From the NCBI GenBank assembly GCA_963762565.1, contig CAVXLD010000003.1, forward strand, positions 832,001 to 896,000: a DNA stretch of 64,000 nt, read 5' to 3'. Under the pieces are notes generated by a model that was not told the DNA's origin, did not search any database, and saw nothing but the letters and a program-made list of their open reading frames with translations. The DNA comes from an uncultured Verrucomicrobiae bacterium. Lineage in GTDB: Bacteria > Verrucomicrobiota > Verrucomicrobiia > Chthoniobacterales > JAFAMB01. Below are positions 1-10,348 of the stretch, one piece after another; position 1 is the stretch's first letter, and each line of letters begins with the position of its first letter. The translations under genes were made by a program, and so were the position numbers.

Positions 1-668
1 ATGTCGGAGTGCGCTTGTGCGAAACGACGATCGGCCAGGAAGAATTCTCGATTCGCGGCGACTCCTTCTGCATCCTGCAAAATACGCGCACCGGACCTGT
101 CAACGGCCGCCGTCATATACGGATCCCAGATGACCCAGGCATCGACACTGCCTCCTTCGAGCGCCGCCCAGGCGTCCGCCGGCGTTAGATACGCCGGGGT
201 TATCTCGTCCATCTTAAGCCCATACTTCTCCAGCAGTTTTACCAGAAAGAAATGGACATTGGATCCTTTGTTAAGCGCGATGCGTTTCCCCTTCAGGTCC
301 GACACATTCTGAATCGGGGAGTCCTTCTTGACCAACACACCTTCTCCTTTCGGAAATGGGGGTTGATTGCCGAAATAAACCAGGTTCACACCCGCTGCTT
401 GGGCGAAAATCGGTGGTGCTTCACCAGTATTTCCAAAGTCGATACCGTCAGCATTCAAAGCTTCAAGGAGTTGCGGGCCGGCCGGGAAAAGGATCCAGGT
501 TACGGCGATCCCGCGCGCAGCTAACGATTTCTCAAAGCTGCCCTCAGCCTTGAGAACATTCAGCGTGCCATACTTCTGATACCCAATACGAACCGCAGCC
601 AATTTTTGGTCTTCGGCGTGTGTGAGTGAAACTAACGCTAGAAATGCTCCACAAAGGACAGCGCTCAC
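1..668 (-). CDS. ssuA: Aliphatic sulfonate ABC transporter substrate-binding protein (3' end runs off the window)
   Basis: Manual minus-strand translation, not in the ORF track: signal-like VSAVLCGAFLALVSLTHA, then VRIGYQKYGTL...FPAGPQLLEAL...DLKGKRIALNKGSNVH...VDAWVIWDPY. GTG start at 668 is uncertain. Confidence 0.85.
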   Translation of the reverse strand, partial: MSAVLCGAFLALVSLTHAEDQKLAAVRIGYQKYGTLNVLKAEGSFEKSLAARGIAVTWILFPAGPQLLEALNADGIDFGNTGEAPPIFAQAAGVNLVYFGNQPPFPKGEGVLVKKDSPIQNVSDLKGKRIALNKGSNVHFFLVKLLEKYGLKMDEITPAYLTPADAWAALEGGSVDAWVIWDPYMTAAVDRSGARILQDAEGVAANREFFLADRRFAQAHSD

Positions 669-677
669 CCAGCGCTT

Positions 678-830
678 CGTTCTCGTTCTCGTCCTCGTCG
701 TCGTCCTCGAATCCGGCCGCGCGGAGTGATGGAGTGTTGGAGTGCTGGAGTATTGCGCTATGTCCGAATTGCACTCGGCGGGTGGGGGGGTGAGGGGGCT
801 GAAGGCGATGTCCAAACTCTTCAGGGCGCG
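678..830. repeat. Cluster of short tandem and REP repeats (CTCGTT/CTCGTC hexamers, GGAGTGTT-type octamers, CTGAAGG..CTTCAGG hairpin)
   Basis: Visible tandem units; the same families recur at 39711-39750 and 44180-44318. Confidence 0.75.
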
Positions 831-991
831 ATCATCTTGCAGATTTAACTCCATATCTAGGACGCTACCGTTTCAGTTGTTTCATCCCTTGTCGCGAATA
901 GGCGCAATTGGAACTCTATCAATTAAGTAGACATTGCAACCGGAAAAAAACGACTCGCGCACCGTCCGGTTGTCATCTATCCGTACACGTG

Positions 992-1579
992 ATGTGTTTC
1001 GGGTTTGGGTTGCAGTCGTTTCTTTTCTGCGTCTACGCCATCCTCTTTGCATTCGCGCCGTTCTTGACTCGGCCGGCTCAGGCCGACGACATCACGGCGA
1101 CGGACGGCAAAGTGTATCACCACGTTGAGGTTCTCACTCGGAACGCTTCGGCCATGTTGATTCGAAGCGATGAAGGCGAAACCGCGCTTTCGTACAATGA
1201 CTTGAAACCAGCTGACCGGGATAAATACTCCAAGACCCTCGCGAAATCGATCGAACTACCGGCGCTGACGGTTATCGGCGAAAAACCGACATTCCTCCAA
1301 GATTCGACCAGTTCGAAGGAGTTCAACGCGGCTCAGAAAGAGTTTAATAAAGCCATCGCGGAAAAGAAACAAGCTGCCCAGGATAAGAAACTGCATCCGG
1401 AATACAAACCGATCCAGATGTTCAATGGCGGCCTCAACCTCAGTCTGGGAGGATCGAATAATCTGGTTGAAGGCGGCCTCCAGCCCAGTTATCTCGGCCT
1501 GCAATACCAGCAGCTCTCGCCCAACATCGTCGAAAAAGACCTGAAAATTTTCGACGATGCGATCAACGGGAAACAATAG
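992..1579 (+). CDS. Secreted hypothetical protein
   Basis: Hydrophobic signal peptide ending AQA-D, then DDITATDGKVYHHVEV; plausible protein composition. Confidence 0.7.
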   Translation: MCFGFGLQSFLFCVYAILFAFAPFLTRPAQADDITATDGKVYHHVEVLTRNASAMLIRSDEGETALSYNDLKPADRDKYSKTLAKSIELPALTVIGEKPTFLQDSTSSKEFNAAQKEFNKAIAEKKQAAQDKKLHPEYKPIQMFNGGLNLSLGGSNNLVEGGLQPSYLGLQYQQLSPNIVEKDLKIFDDAINGKQ

Positions 1580-1752
1580 CGCGACCTCGCCGTAGGCTCG
1601 CTCGCGAATGACAGATGACAGATGGCAAATGACAAATTTGCCATCCCTTGGATAAACCGGCGCGTCCCACAGCAGGTGGACTTTCCCCAGCGTTTCGATC
1701 TGTCATTTGTCATTTGTCATTTGTCATCGAACGAGCTTCAGGCGAGTTCGCG
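1580..1752. repeat. Nested inverted-repeat cassette (outer CGCGA.CTCGCC..GCTCG shell, inner ATGACAA/TTGTCAT heptamer arrays)
   Basis: 1607-1637 is the inverted counterpart of 1698-1727; 1580-1606 pairs imperfectly with 1728-1752. Confidence 0.8.
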
Positions 1753-1754
1753 TA

Positions 1755-2249
1755 ATGAGTTGGATGAACGCGGTCGAGTTCTCGTTCTACCTGGTCGAGA
1801 CCTTTGCCCTGCCTTTCGCAATCCTGGTTTACGTTTTCGAGCGCCGCAAAGAACGGATCGCCGACCAGGAAGAGCTCTATCAACGTCTCTCGGACGAATA
1901 CACGAACTTTCTCAAACTGGTGCTCGATAATGCGGATCTGCAGCTCTTGAGCAAACAGGCGCCGCTTCGTGAGCTCAGCGAAGAACAGAAAGAACGCCGG
2001 CTGGCGCTTTTCGGAATCCTGGTCTCGATCTTCGAACGAGCCTATATCCTGGTTTACGAAGAACACATGGATAAACAGACCAAGCGGCTATGGTCCTCGT
2101 GGGAGGATTACATGCGGGAATGGTGCCAGCGTACGGACTTCAGAAAAGCTTTACCGGAGCTCTTAGAAGGAGAAGACCCAGATTTTCGAAAGCACATCGA
2201 ACAGGTTGCGCGAAGCTCGCCTGAGGCTCGCTCCGCGAATAGCCAATAG
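1755..2249 (+). CDS. Hypothetical protein with N-terminal TM helix
   Basis: ATG at 1755; protein-like sequence (EELYQRLSDEY...IFERAYILVY...WSSWEDYMREW); stop codon lies inside the following repeat. Confidence 0.75.
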   Translation: MSWMNAVEFSFYLVETFALPFAILVYVFERRKERIADQEELYQRLSDEYTNFLKLVLDNADLQLLSKQAPLRELSEEQKERRLALFGILVSIFERAYILVYEEHMDKQTKRLWSSWEDYMREWCQRTDFRKALPELLEGEDPDFRKHIEQVARSSPEARSANSQ

Positions 2250-2429
2250 CCAATAGCCAATAGCCAATGACGACGGTAGGATGAGGTTACTGGAATGGGC
2301 ATCAAGGTTCGCGTTCGCCACATTGCCGATTCACCGAACCGCTAAAACGGCTCATTGGCTCCCATCCTTTGGCTATTGGCTATCGGCTATCGGCTATTCG
2401 CGGAGCGCGGCTTGAACTCCTCAAACTCC
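2209..2429. repeat. Inverted GCCAATA/GGCTATC heptamer cassette
   Basis: cgctccgcg(aatagcc)n at 2229-2268 is the inverted counterpart of 2369-2407, with a ~100-nt spacer. Confidence 0.85.
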
Positions 2430-2447
2430 GCGAACTATACTATCGTT

Positions 2448-2759
2448 CTGAAAACGCTCGGATTTATCAGCTTTTTCTTGATCATGAATGGTTCGCCCCT
2501 CTTTGCAGGACCAGTGCAATTTACTGGTGGGAATGGCAGCTCTTTGGAATCCGCTGTTGTTATCAGCGGCGCCAAACACGAAAGCGACGGCATCAGCGCC
2601 GAACATCGGTATCTATCCGAACACTTCGCTTCTTGGTTTCTAAAACGCCAGGTACTCGTGAACCAGAAAGGCCGGGTCTACGATCGGATGGAAATCACCG
2701 ATCAGAACGGGAAACAGCGCTCGGTTTTCTTCGACATCACCGATTTTTTCGGCAAATAG
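2448..2759 (+). CDS. Small secreted hypothetical protein
   Basis: GGNGSSLESAVVI...GISAEHRYL...YDRMEI...VFFDITDFFG resembles a widespread small hypothetical family; start uncertain (CTG 2448 or ATG 2484). Confidence 0.7.
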   Translation: MKTLGFISFFLIMNGSPLFAGPVQFTGGNGSSLESAVVISGAKHESDGISAEHRYLSEHFASWFLKRQVLVNQKGRVYDRMEITDQNGKQRSVFFDITDFFGK

Positions 2760-2781
2760 TTGCTTTTTGCATTCGTCTCTA

Positions 2782-3864
2782 ATGTCTCGAGCAGTTCATC
2801 ATCGCGAAGTTACCATGACAGATGTCGCGGCCCGGTGCGGCGTCTCGTATCAAACCGTCTCCCGGGTGGTCAACGAGATGCCCGAGGTCGCTGAAGCTAC
2901 TCGTACCCGGGTTCTCCGCGTCATCGAACAACTCGGTTACCGGCCCAATATGACCGCGCGTCATCTCGTCAGCCGGCGTTCAACGGTGCTTGGTCACGTC
3001 GGTTTCGCGATTGGACTCTATGGACCCTCCCAGATGATGGTCAACGTCGAGGAATCAGCTAAGCAGGCCGGTTACAGGGTCATGTTTACTGGGGTACTGG
3101 ACCCCAATATTAGCGAGATTTCCCGGGCAGTGAATGAGCTCTGCTCGCATCGGGTCGCCGGCATCTTGATCTATCTGCCGCTGGAGATGGACCTGAGTGT
3201 CTTGCGCAGTCTTTGTCAGAACATCCCGATAGTGGCCATGGATTCAGACCTTAATTTCAAGACCCTTGCCGTGATGGTGCAACAGAAGAGCGGTTCCAGG
3301 ATCGCGACGGAGCATCTCATCAATCTTGGGCACCGGCGAATTGCGTGTATCCGGGCTTCGCAGGCTTGGAGACCAGGTCGCTTACGTTATCAGGGATGGC
3401 TTTCCGCTTTGAAAGAAGCAAACCTGATTCCCGGACCTTGTGTGGAAGGGGACTGGTCACCGCTAAGCGGATTTCAGGCAGCCCAGACTCTGATAAAGGA
3501 TCACTGGGGCGAATTCACGGCTTTGGTCGTGGCAAACGATCAAATGGCGTTGGGAGCAATTTGCGCCTTTCACGAAGCCGGTATCTCGGTCCCGAACGAT
3601 ATCTCGGTTGTCGGGTTCGACGATATCCCCGAATCCGGTTATTTCTTGCCGCCGCTCACCACGATCCGCCAAGATTTCCCCAGGGTCGGTAAGCTTGGTG
3701 TTCAATGTTTGCTTGAAGAAATCCGCTCCGCCGCGCGCAGCACTCGGACCTACACGATCGTCCCGACCCTAATACAACGTGCCAGCACCGCCCGTCCGAA
3801 AAAGAAGTCCCAACGACCGGCCAGAAGTAAGAACGGAAGCGAAAACCACGCTCAGGCGAAATAG
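2782..3864 (+). CDS. LacI family transcriptional regulator
   Basis: HTH TMTDVAARCGVSYQTVSRVVN; C-terminal NDQMALG, SVVGFDD and PPLTTI motifs. Confidence 0.95.
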   Translation: MSRAVHHREVTMTDVAARCGVSYQTVSRVVNEMPEVAEATRTRVLRVIEQLGYRPNMTARHLVSRRSTVLGHVGFAIGLYGPSQMMVNVEESAKQAGYRVMFTGVLDPNISEISRAVNELCSHRVAGILIYLPLEMDLSVLRSLCQNIPIVAMDSDLNFKTLAVMVQQKSGSRIATEHLINLGHRRIACIRASQAWRPGRLRYQGWLSALKEANLIPGPCVEGDWSPLSGFQAAQTLIKDHWGEFTALVVANDQMALGAICAFHEAGISVPNDISVVGFDDIPESGYFLPPLTTIRQDFPRVGKLGVQCLLEEIRSAARSTRTYTIVPTLIQRASTARPKKKSQRPARSKNGSENHAQAK

Positions 3865-3875
3865 CAGGGTTGCCA

Positions 3876-3907
3876 CCCGTGGAGCGCTGCCTCGCTTGCG
3901 AGGCCGT
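3876..3907. repeat. REP-like element (GTGGAGCGCTGCCTCGCTTGCGAGGCCG family), single copy
   Basis: Same sequence at 30583, 34830, 55331, 55493, 56967 and 57312. Confidence 0.85.
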
Positions 3908-4407
3908 GGTGAGCAGGGAGACGTTGGTTCCGATGCTCTTGCTCGCTCTGCGCTTTATCTTAGGCAAGGTGCGGTCGGATCAACGATCGGAAGACGTCGT
4001 TTCGCATGATTACGTTAATTAGCCCGCCCAAGTGTAGAGAGGCGAATCAATACCGCGCCTGAAAAATCCAAGCAAAAGAATAGCGAGGCACTCACCATTT
4101 TAATCCGAATACCGCACGGGTAAGTTCGTGGCTTAATCGCGAAGTTAGCAAAATCCTCCAGCTGGAGTTAGCAGATCAGCCTCCGCCTGAAAGAGGTGTC
4201 AGGTACTCTCGAGTGTTAACCGTACCGCTCCGGGGATAGGCGCTGTCGCGTTTCGAGGCCACGTGCTTAGGCGCAAATGAATATAGGATGGATGCGCTGG
4301 TCGCAGTCCTGTTTAAGCGATCTGTGACTGTTCCAAAACCACTTCTTTCGCTTTCTTATCGTCTCTCCAGCCTAGGAACGTGGTCTGGCGTAGCTGGTCG
4401 TCAGCGG

Positions 4408-4890
4408 TTAATTCAGCGTAGCCGTAGTGGCGGAGTTCGCCATTGGTGTAAGCACCGAGCACGACAGCACCCAGATGCTTCCGGCTTCCTTTGGGCGCAT
4501 CGGGTTACCCGTAAGGTCATCTCCGTTATACCAAAGGACGTCAAAGACGTAGGAGAGAGTCGGCGCCGTGGGTTGCTTTTGGAACCTTTGCAAAAGCTGA
4601 AAACGCGGGATCCCATTTTTATCAACGGCGACAATTTCACCATCGAGAATGGTCGAGCGCAGCTTTAGCTTAGAGACCGCGGTCGCCACGGCCGGGAATT
4701 TCGCTTCCAATGCCAGGCCGTTTCGCGACCAGAGGTGCGGCTTGCCGGCCGCATCGAAAACGGTGATCGCCCGGTAACCATCGAGCTTGATTTCGAAGAT
4801 CCAATCTGGCGAGTCAAAGGGAGTTTTTGCGCTCTCCGCCGATCTTACACTCAGAGGTGACCCTTGGATCTCGTTTTTCCGTTCCCTCAA
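4408..4890 (-). pseudogene. ligD: Fragment of LigD-type ATP-dependent DNA ligase (adenylation domain)
   Basis: WIFEIKLDGYRA, LWSRNG, ILDGEIV and YVFDVLW motifs; homology is lost after DLTG near 4500. Confidence 0.85.
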
Positions 4891-4899
4891 AGCGAAGTT

Positions 4900-5697
4900 T
4901 CATAACCGCGAAAGCAATTCGGTCTTCTTGGATTTGAACTCGTCGTCGGAGAGAATACCCTTCTGATGCAGGTCGGCGATGCGTTCAAGCGCCTTCAGGA
5001 TGTCGTCGTGAGATTGAAGTGAGCTGCCAGAGCCCTGGCGCGAGATCGCGACCGGAGCGGCTGCAGCCTCTGCAGTCTCCTGGGATGGGGCGGTGGGTTC
5101 AGCGACGGCCTCACCCCCGCCAGGACTTTCCAGTGACAGAGTGTCAACGCCGAACGTTCCGTATTGACTGCTGAACGTTAGAGAGCCTGAGTAGCCTCCC
5201 TGCTGTTGCTGCACGCCCGTAATCTGGTGGTTCAGGGTGTTGTACAGTCTGATCTTCCCGTTGTGCAAAATAGCGAGCCGCTGCCTTTGCGGAAAGTAGG
5301 CGTAGCGTGCGTCGTTTTGCCCGCCGCTGGAGCTTGGGTTGCCCAACTCAGCGGGCCACCAGGCATTGCCTGGAGCGATCAAGCCGCCGACCTCGCTCTG
5401 CTTAGGCAGTGGAACAAAGAGTTGTTGAGAACTGAGAAGCGATGAAAGCTCCGAGCACAACCCACTCACGGTCGCTTTCAGGCCATGGTTAAACATGTCG
5501 CCGACCATAGTCATTCCACCGCTCATCCACTGACCGTTGCCGCCCAATTCAGGGTGGTAAAACTGCGCCAATGTCCCGCCTCCCGCCGCCACTGCAAAGA
5601 GGAGAGTTCGCACGGCGTCGACGCTGACGCCATAGCGTTGCGCCAAGCCTTGTATCGCTTGGTGCCCATCTGGTGTAAGAACCCGGGTTGAAGCCAT
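4900..5697 (-). CDS. SHOCT domain-containing protein
   Basis: C-terminal LERIADLHQKGILSDDEFKSKKTELL; N-terminal AQFYHPELGGNGQWM. Confidence 0.85.
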   Translation of the reverse strand: MASTRVLTPDGHQAIQGLAQRYGVSVDAVRTLLFAVAAGGGTLAQFYHPELGGNGQWMSGGMTMVGDMFNHGLKATVSGLCSELSSLLSSQQLFVPLPKQSEVGGLIAPGNAWWPAELGNPSSSGGQNDARYAYFPQRQRLAILHNGKIRLYNTLNHQITGVQQQQGGYSGSLTFSSQYGTFGVDTLSLESPGGGEAVAEPTAPSQETAEAAAAPVAISRQGSGSSLQSHDDILKALERIADLHQKGILSDDEFKSKKTELLSRL

Positions 5698-5929
5698 ATT
5701 TGATACTTTTACCGAACGCTCGGGAAGCCCGGAGACTTCTCGAAATGGACTACGTCAATGCGTCGCCGGTCATCGTGTGAATTGCTTGTGAAGATTGCGA
5801 TGCGTTTGGTCGATTGAATGTGAACCGGCAGAATTTCCGCCCGGGAATAGCAAGCGTCAATGATGGAATAGCGAGCACCGTCTCAAATGCGCTCTAATCG
5901 GATCCTAGAGCGTTTTTCTTGACGTCAGA

Positions 5930-6036
5930 CTATTCCTCGATCAGAGCGCTCTCAAAGATCGATCTCGAACCAAATCCTGGGTGATCGGGGCGCCAGAGGC
6001 ACCAGCGGTTTCATCCTCGTCTTCGACCTGGGTAGG
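5930..6036. repeat. ~100-bp direct repeat, copy 1
   Basis: Aligns to 6820-6915 plus 6993-7003. Confidence 0.85.
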
Positions 6037-6255
6037 AAGGAACGCCGGGCCCGTGACCTCGTCGCTATCCTCTTCCTTAAGAAGCTAGCAGACACGGTTA
6101 ATGAACTATAATTCCATGGACGGCTCACCTTCAGCCTCGTAGTGTCAAAATAGCAAAAATACTTTCTGATTAATAGTGAGAGCGCATCGAAAAGCAATCT
6201 CAGGCCGGTGCAACTAGCTCTATCTTACTGGAAACTGAATTTAACGAAGAAAAAT

Positions 6256-6813
6256 ATGAACTCTGATCTTCTTCTCGGTTCGGTGAGAAAGGCAAGTGGT
6301 TGGTCAACGGTTTGGGGGGTACTCATGGTGATTTGTGGCCTCCTAGCCATTACTCTTCCGTTGGCCACATCTACTGGCATTGTAATTTTACTCGCCTGGC
6401 TGATTCTGTTCGCAGCCGTAGCCCATTTGATATTTGCTTTTCATTCGCACAGCATTGGCGGGTTTCTGTGGAAGGTCCTGCTCGCGGTCCTGTACGGATT
6501 CGCGGGTTTCTTTTTGCTAGCGAACCCAATAGCCGGCGTCGCTTATCTCACCCTTCTCCTCGGCGCCTTCCTCCTGGTCGAAGGCATTATCGAAATTGTC
6601 CTTTACTTTCACATCCGCAAAATCGCTCATGCCGGCTGGGTGCTCTTCGACGGTATCCTAACTCTTCTGCTAGGCTTCTTCATATGGGCCCACTGGCCGT
6701 CAAGCTCGGCCTGGGTAATCGGGACGTTGGTTGGCATCAGCCTGATCTTCAGCGGTATTTCCAGATTCATGCTTTCGTTAGCGATCCGTCGCCACATGGC
6801 GACTAACAGCTAA
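6256..6813 (+). CDS. HdeD/DUF308 family membrane protein
   Basis: Six hydrophobic segments; WPSSSAWVIGTLVGISLIFSG. Confidence 0.9.
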   Translation: MNSDLLLGSVRKASGWSTVWGVLMVICGLLAITLPLATSTGIVILLAWLILFAAVAHLIFAFHSHSIGGFLWKVLLAVLYGFAGFFLLANPIAGVAYLTLLLGAFLLVEGIIEIVLYFHIRKIAHAGWVLFDGILTLLLGFFIWAHWPSSSAWVIGTLVGISLIFSGISRFMLSLAIRRHMATNS

Positions 6814-6819
6814 TAAGTT

Positions 6820-7003
6820 CTATTCCTCGATCAGAGCACCCTCAAAGATCGATCTCGAATCAAACCCTGAGTGATCGGGCCGCCAAAGACACCATCGGTC
6901 TTCATCCTGTTCTTCAATTGCTAGGTGAATCAGTAGGTGAGTTCTGCGTTCCTCCCGCCTCCGGCAAGCCTTCGGCGCGGCAGGCTGTCTTCGACCTGGT
7001 AGG
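6820..7003. repeat. Direct repeat copy 2 carrying a 77-bp insertion
   Basis: Extra sequence 6916-6992 relative to copy 1, flanked by TCTTC. Confidence 0.75.
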
Positions 7004-7040
7004 GAGTTGCAATCTTTCATCAACAACATTACCTCCTTTG

Positions 7041-7664
7041 GTGGGGCTCTTTACCATGTTCCTTGGAGTTACTTTTCTGGCCGCTTTGACGCCCGGTTTA
7101 GCGGTTATGCTGGTAACCTCGTACTCGTTAGACCGCGGGCTCGGTCGGGCTTGGCAGGCAACCTTGGGGATCGAAGTTGGGAACGCGGTTTTCGTGCTCG
7201 CCTCAGCCACCGGTCTTACCGCTCTGCTAATGGCGTGTGCTCCGCTGTTTACAGTGGTGCGGTGGTGCGGTGTGGTTTATCTCATCTTCCTCGGGGCTAT
7301 GCTGCTGATTTCGGCGTTCCGATCGACAGCTGTCGCGGCGAAAATGCCCCAGACAAAAAGTCTCCATCCAATAGCGCAAGGGCTTACGACACAGCTAGGT
7401 AACCCGAAAGCATTACTCTACTGGACTGCATTGTTTCCGCAATTCATCGACCGGACCCATCCGCCGTTTGCGCAATTTCTGGTCTTCGGAATCGTCACAA
7501 TCTGCGTCGAAACTGTCGTTCTGACCGGTTACGCATTCGCGGCCGCTTCACTCCGTCGCGCGGTGTCTCGGCAGCTTTTTATGCAACGGCTGCTCAAGGG
7601 CGTTACGGGATGTTTCTTTATTCTGACCGGCCTGCTGCTCGGCCGGAGAACAGCAAACGCGTAA
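7041..7664 (+). CDS. LysE/RhtB family amino acid exporter
   Basis: ALTPG, VRWCGVVYLIFLG and LGNPKALLYW motifs; start approximate. Confidence 0.9.
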   Translation: MGLFTMFLGVTFLAALTPGLAVMLVTSYSLDRGLGRAWQATLGIEVGNAVFVLASATGLTALLMACAPLFTVVRWCGVVYLIFLGAMLLISAFRSTAVAAKMPQTKSLHPIAQGLTTQLGNPKALLYWTALFPQFIDRTHPPFAQFLVFGIVTICVETVVLTGYAFAAASLRRAVSRQLFMQRLLKGVTGCFFILTGLLLGRRTANA

Positions 7665-7825
7665 CGTCGTCGGGAGACAAATCCTCGTGCCTCTCGCCTC
7701 TCACTATGAGGCACCATAGACGTGATAGGCCGAACATGAACCCGCTGCGATAGACGGACTGAACTGCAAGCTCACACTCATCCGGGCTGCTTTCTTTACA
7801 AGCTTTGAATGGAATCGCTCACCAT

Positions 7826-8467
7826 TCAAGCACCTCGGTTACTTGCCAGGATATATGCGCGGCGAGTCTGAGCTTCGATTTCGGGATAAGGATCTCGTTC
7901 GACAATTTTTTCCACCTCGAATCCGGCGGATCGCAGGGCGTCAGTTACGTCCTCGGTGCGAAAGAAATGAAAATCGATCGATACGGCCTGCCCCCATAAT
8001 TCTACGAAATGGACGACCTTGTCTCCAACATGGAACGCTAGCAACAAAATGCCGTCTGGTTGAAGAACTCGTCTCATCTCGGAAAAGATAAGCAGGTGCT
8101 CACCAGAAGGAACGTGAATGATAGAATAGAACGCGACGATACCCGCCCAAGTCGCATCGGGAGTGTCCAGCGCAAACATGTTGCCCTGCTCAAACTCTAT
8201 GCCCGGATTCAACCGGCGGGCTTGGTCGACCATGCCGGGCGCTAAATCGATACCGCAAACCTGAACTCCTTGTTCCCAGAGATAACGAGCGACATGTCCT
8301 GGGCCGCAACCCAGATCGCACACGGCACCCTTTACTCGTGCCGCAAATTCATTCAGCTGTTGCTGATCGAGCGGCTTATGCTGCAATTCCTCGTAAATTC
8401 GACGAACGTACTCGCCGGCCAAACGATCATAGCTGTCCCGTGTGTTCTTCGTTATTTCGTTGTGCAT
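7826..8467 (-). CDS. Class I SAM-dependent methyltransferase
   Basis: VCDLGCGPG motif I; GIDLA; RVLQPDG. Confidence 0.9.
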   Translation of the reverse strand: MHNEITKNTRDSYDRLAGEYVRRIYEELQHKPLDQQQLNEFAARVKGAVCDLGCGPGHVARYLWEQGVQVCGIDLAPGMVDQARRLNPGIEFEQGNMFALDTPDATWAGIVAFYSIIHVPSGEHLLIFSEMRRVLQPDGILLLAFHVGDKVVHFVELWGQAVSIDFHFFRTEDVTDALRSAGFEVEKIVERDPYPEIEAQTRRAYILASNRGA

Positions 8468-8716
8468 AGGAGTTGATCCGATGTCGGGGATAGGGTCGTG
8501 GTTTGAGAAATTTGAATCGCCAGGATAAAATCATATAAACATATCTTGATATTACAATATGTATATTGGCTAATGACGGCGATATCCTTCCAGATGGGGT
8601 GCGCACACGAAACGGAAATTTAAGTACGGTAAGGAGCTCTCTCCCTCGTGGACTGGAGGGCGAATGCACTCACCAGGAACATGGTCGAACTACCGGGACG
8701 TCTGGCCGGGATTTTT

Positions 8717-10148
8717 TCATGCCGCAATTGGAGCAAGTTGATAGCCCATCTGGCGAGCGGAGGCCTTGAGGCGTTTTAGTTGGCGCTGCTCATTGAGTTT
8801 TTCTTCGTAAGCAAAAACGCTGTGATCAAAGGGCCATTGTCGGGAGATCAGGGTCCAAATGATTCTGGCCAGTTGATGAGCCATGGCCACGATGGCCTTG
8901 GGAGCTCCAAGTCTGGTGCGTAAACGTCGGTATTTTTGGCCTAAGTAGCTTTTGTCATGGTGTAAAGAGGAAGCTGCCATGCGCAAGGCATATCGGACTC
9001 GGTTCTGACTGCGGCGAGTACGGCGACGCAATACTTTGCCAGCGCTGGTTTCATTGTCCGGGCACAGACAGAGCCAGGAGGCAAAATGGTGCTCGGTTTT
9101 GAAGGCACTCAAAATCGTTGCCTAACTCTGTCATGAGGGTCAATCCGGTCAGAACGCTAACGCCAGGTATGGCCGTGAGATCCACGCTAAAGAAGCGCTC
9201 CAGCTCCTCTTTCCAGGGGCCCTGAGGTTGATTCTTGCTAGTTTTCTTGCGCACCTTGGGTGGCTTTTGGACTGGCATTTTACTATCCGGCTCGGTGCCG
9301 AGTAATTCGGGCCTTAAGCGCATCGTTTTAGCCGCTTGGATCAACCGAGTGGCTGCTTCCAACTTACGGGCGTAAGCTAAAAGCTCCTGATCACATTGGT
9401 GGATCTGGTGCTGGAGCTGGTGGTAGCTCTCCCAAGCCTTTTGTAGTACGAAGAGATGCTCTTTTCGCCAGTCGCCTTCCAAGGCTTTGGCGATGGTCGA
9501 TTCGGGTGCCTTGATGCGTTTATCGCGCAATTTGGCTAATTGTACTGGATCTCTTTGGCCCTTTAAAATGGCTTCAATGATGGCTTGGCCAGTCAGTCCG
9601 GTTAGGTCGTCAATGACGTAATGAAGCTTGATATTCATTTGATCCAGAGCTGCCTGCATATGCTGGATGTACTGCCCTGCCCTAGTGATGAGCTCTTGGC
9701 GATAGCGCCAAATCGAGCGAGCGGCGCAAACGGCTTGAGCCGGACGAAACGAGCCTCGGAGCAAACCGACGCTGAGCAGATACTGTAACCATTGGCAATC
9801 CCGCACATCGCTTTTGCGACTCGGAACGTTTTTGACATGCCGTGCATTGACCAGGCAGACCTTGATCTTGGCATCCTCCAATAACTGATAAAGGGGGATC
9901 CAGTATACTCCTGTGGCTTCCATGGCCACGGTACGCACTCCGCATTGAACCAACCACTGTACCAGCTCGAGCAAGTCTTTGGTGAAGGCTTCAAACTTGC
10001 GCACTGAGTTTTGCGCTCGCTGCGGGGGAACCGCCACCCAGATCTCGGTAGGTGACAGATCAATGCCGCCGGCATCCGGATTAGGTTCGTGAATAGCTTT
10101 ACTGCCTTCGGACTTGGTTTTTGGCTTTGCTCCTTTATTCTTTTTCAT
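8717..10148 (-). pseudogene. IS110 recombinase (DEDD RuvC + Tnp20 domains), ~476 aa, with a single-base frameshift
   Basis: GIDLS, AMEATGVYW and KSDVRD motifs; C-terminal FASWLCLCPDNETSAG in another frame; extra base in the A4 run at 9111-9114. Confidence 0.93.
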
Positions 10149-10158
10149 TGTTGGAATG

Positions 10159-10348
10159 CCAACGAAGGAGGCTTGGCTCAGACGGCGAAAGATTGAGACA
10201 CTCTCACCAACGGGGTCTTGGGGAACACTTCGGTGCTCCCCCGCCACCAATGAATTGATCGCAGCGTCTGATTCCATGCTCGTGATCGGGCTTAGCTACT
10301 ACTAAGCTCCACTGTGGCTTCGGATTACTTGCCAAGCCTCCTCGTTGG
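10159..10348 (-). ncRNA. Putative IS110 bridge RNA
   Basis: 18-bp closing stem 10159-10177/10331-10348; internal hairpins 10220-10241 and 10290-10307; guide-like matches to both element junctions. Transcribed strand is not certain. Confidence 0.65.

Noticed and set aside
1622..1930. ORFs with FVICHLS, AIGYRL, ICVICG or LELLQLL-type low-complexity text (also 42128, 43054, 47573, 55309)
   Set aside because: These are translations of tandem repeats, not real proteins.
4010..4400. Possible ncRNA or small gene in this intergenic region
   Set aside because: No recognisable RNA family motif, strong stem or credible ORF by eye.
9105..9120. Programmed frameshift in the IS110 gene
   Set aside because: It would need a +1 shift at a short T run with no recognisable slippery heptamer; mutation or sequencing error is simpler.
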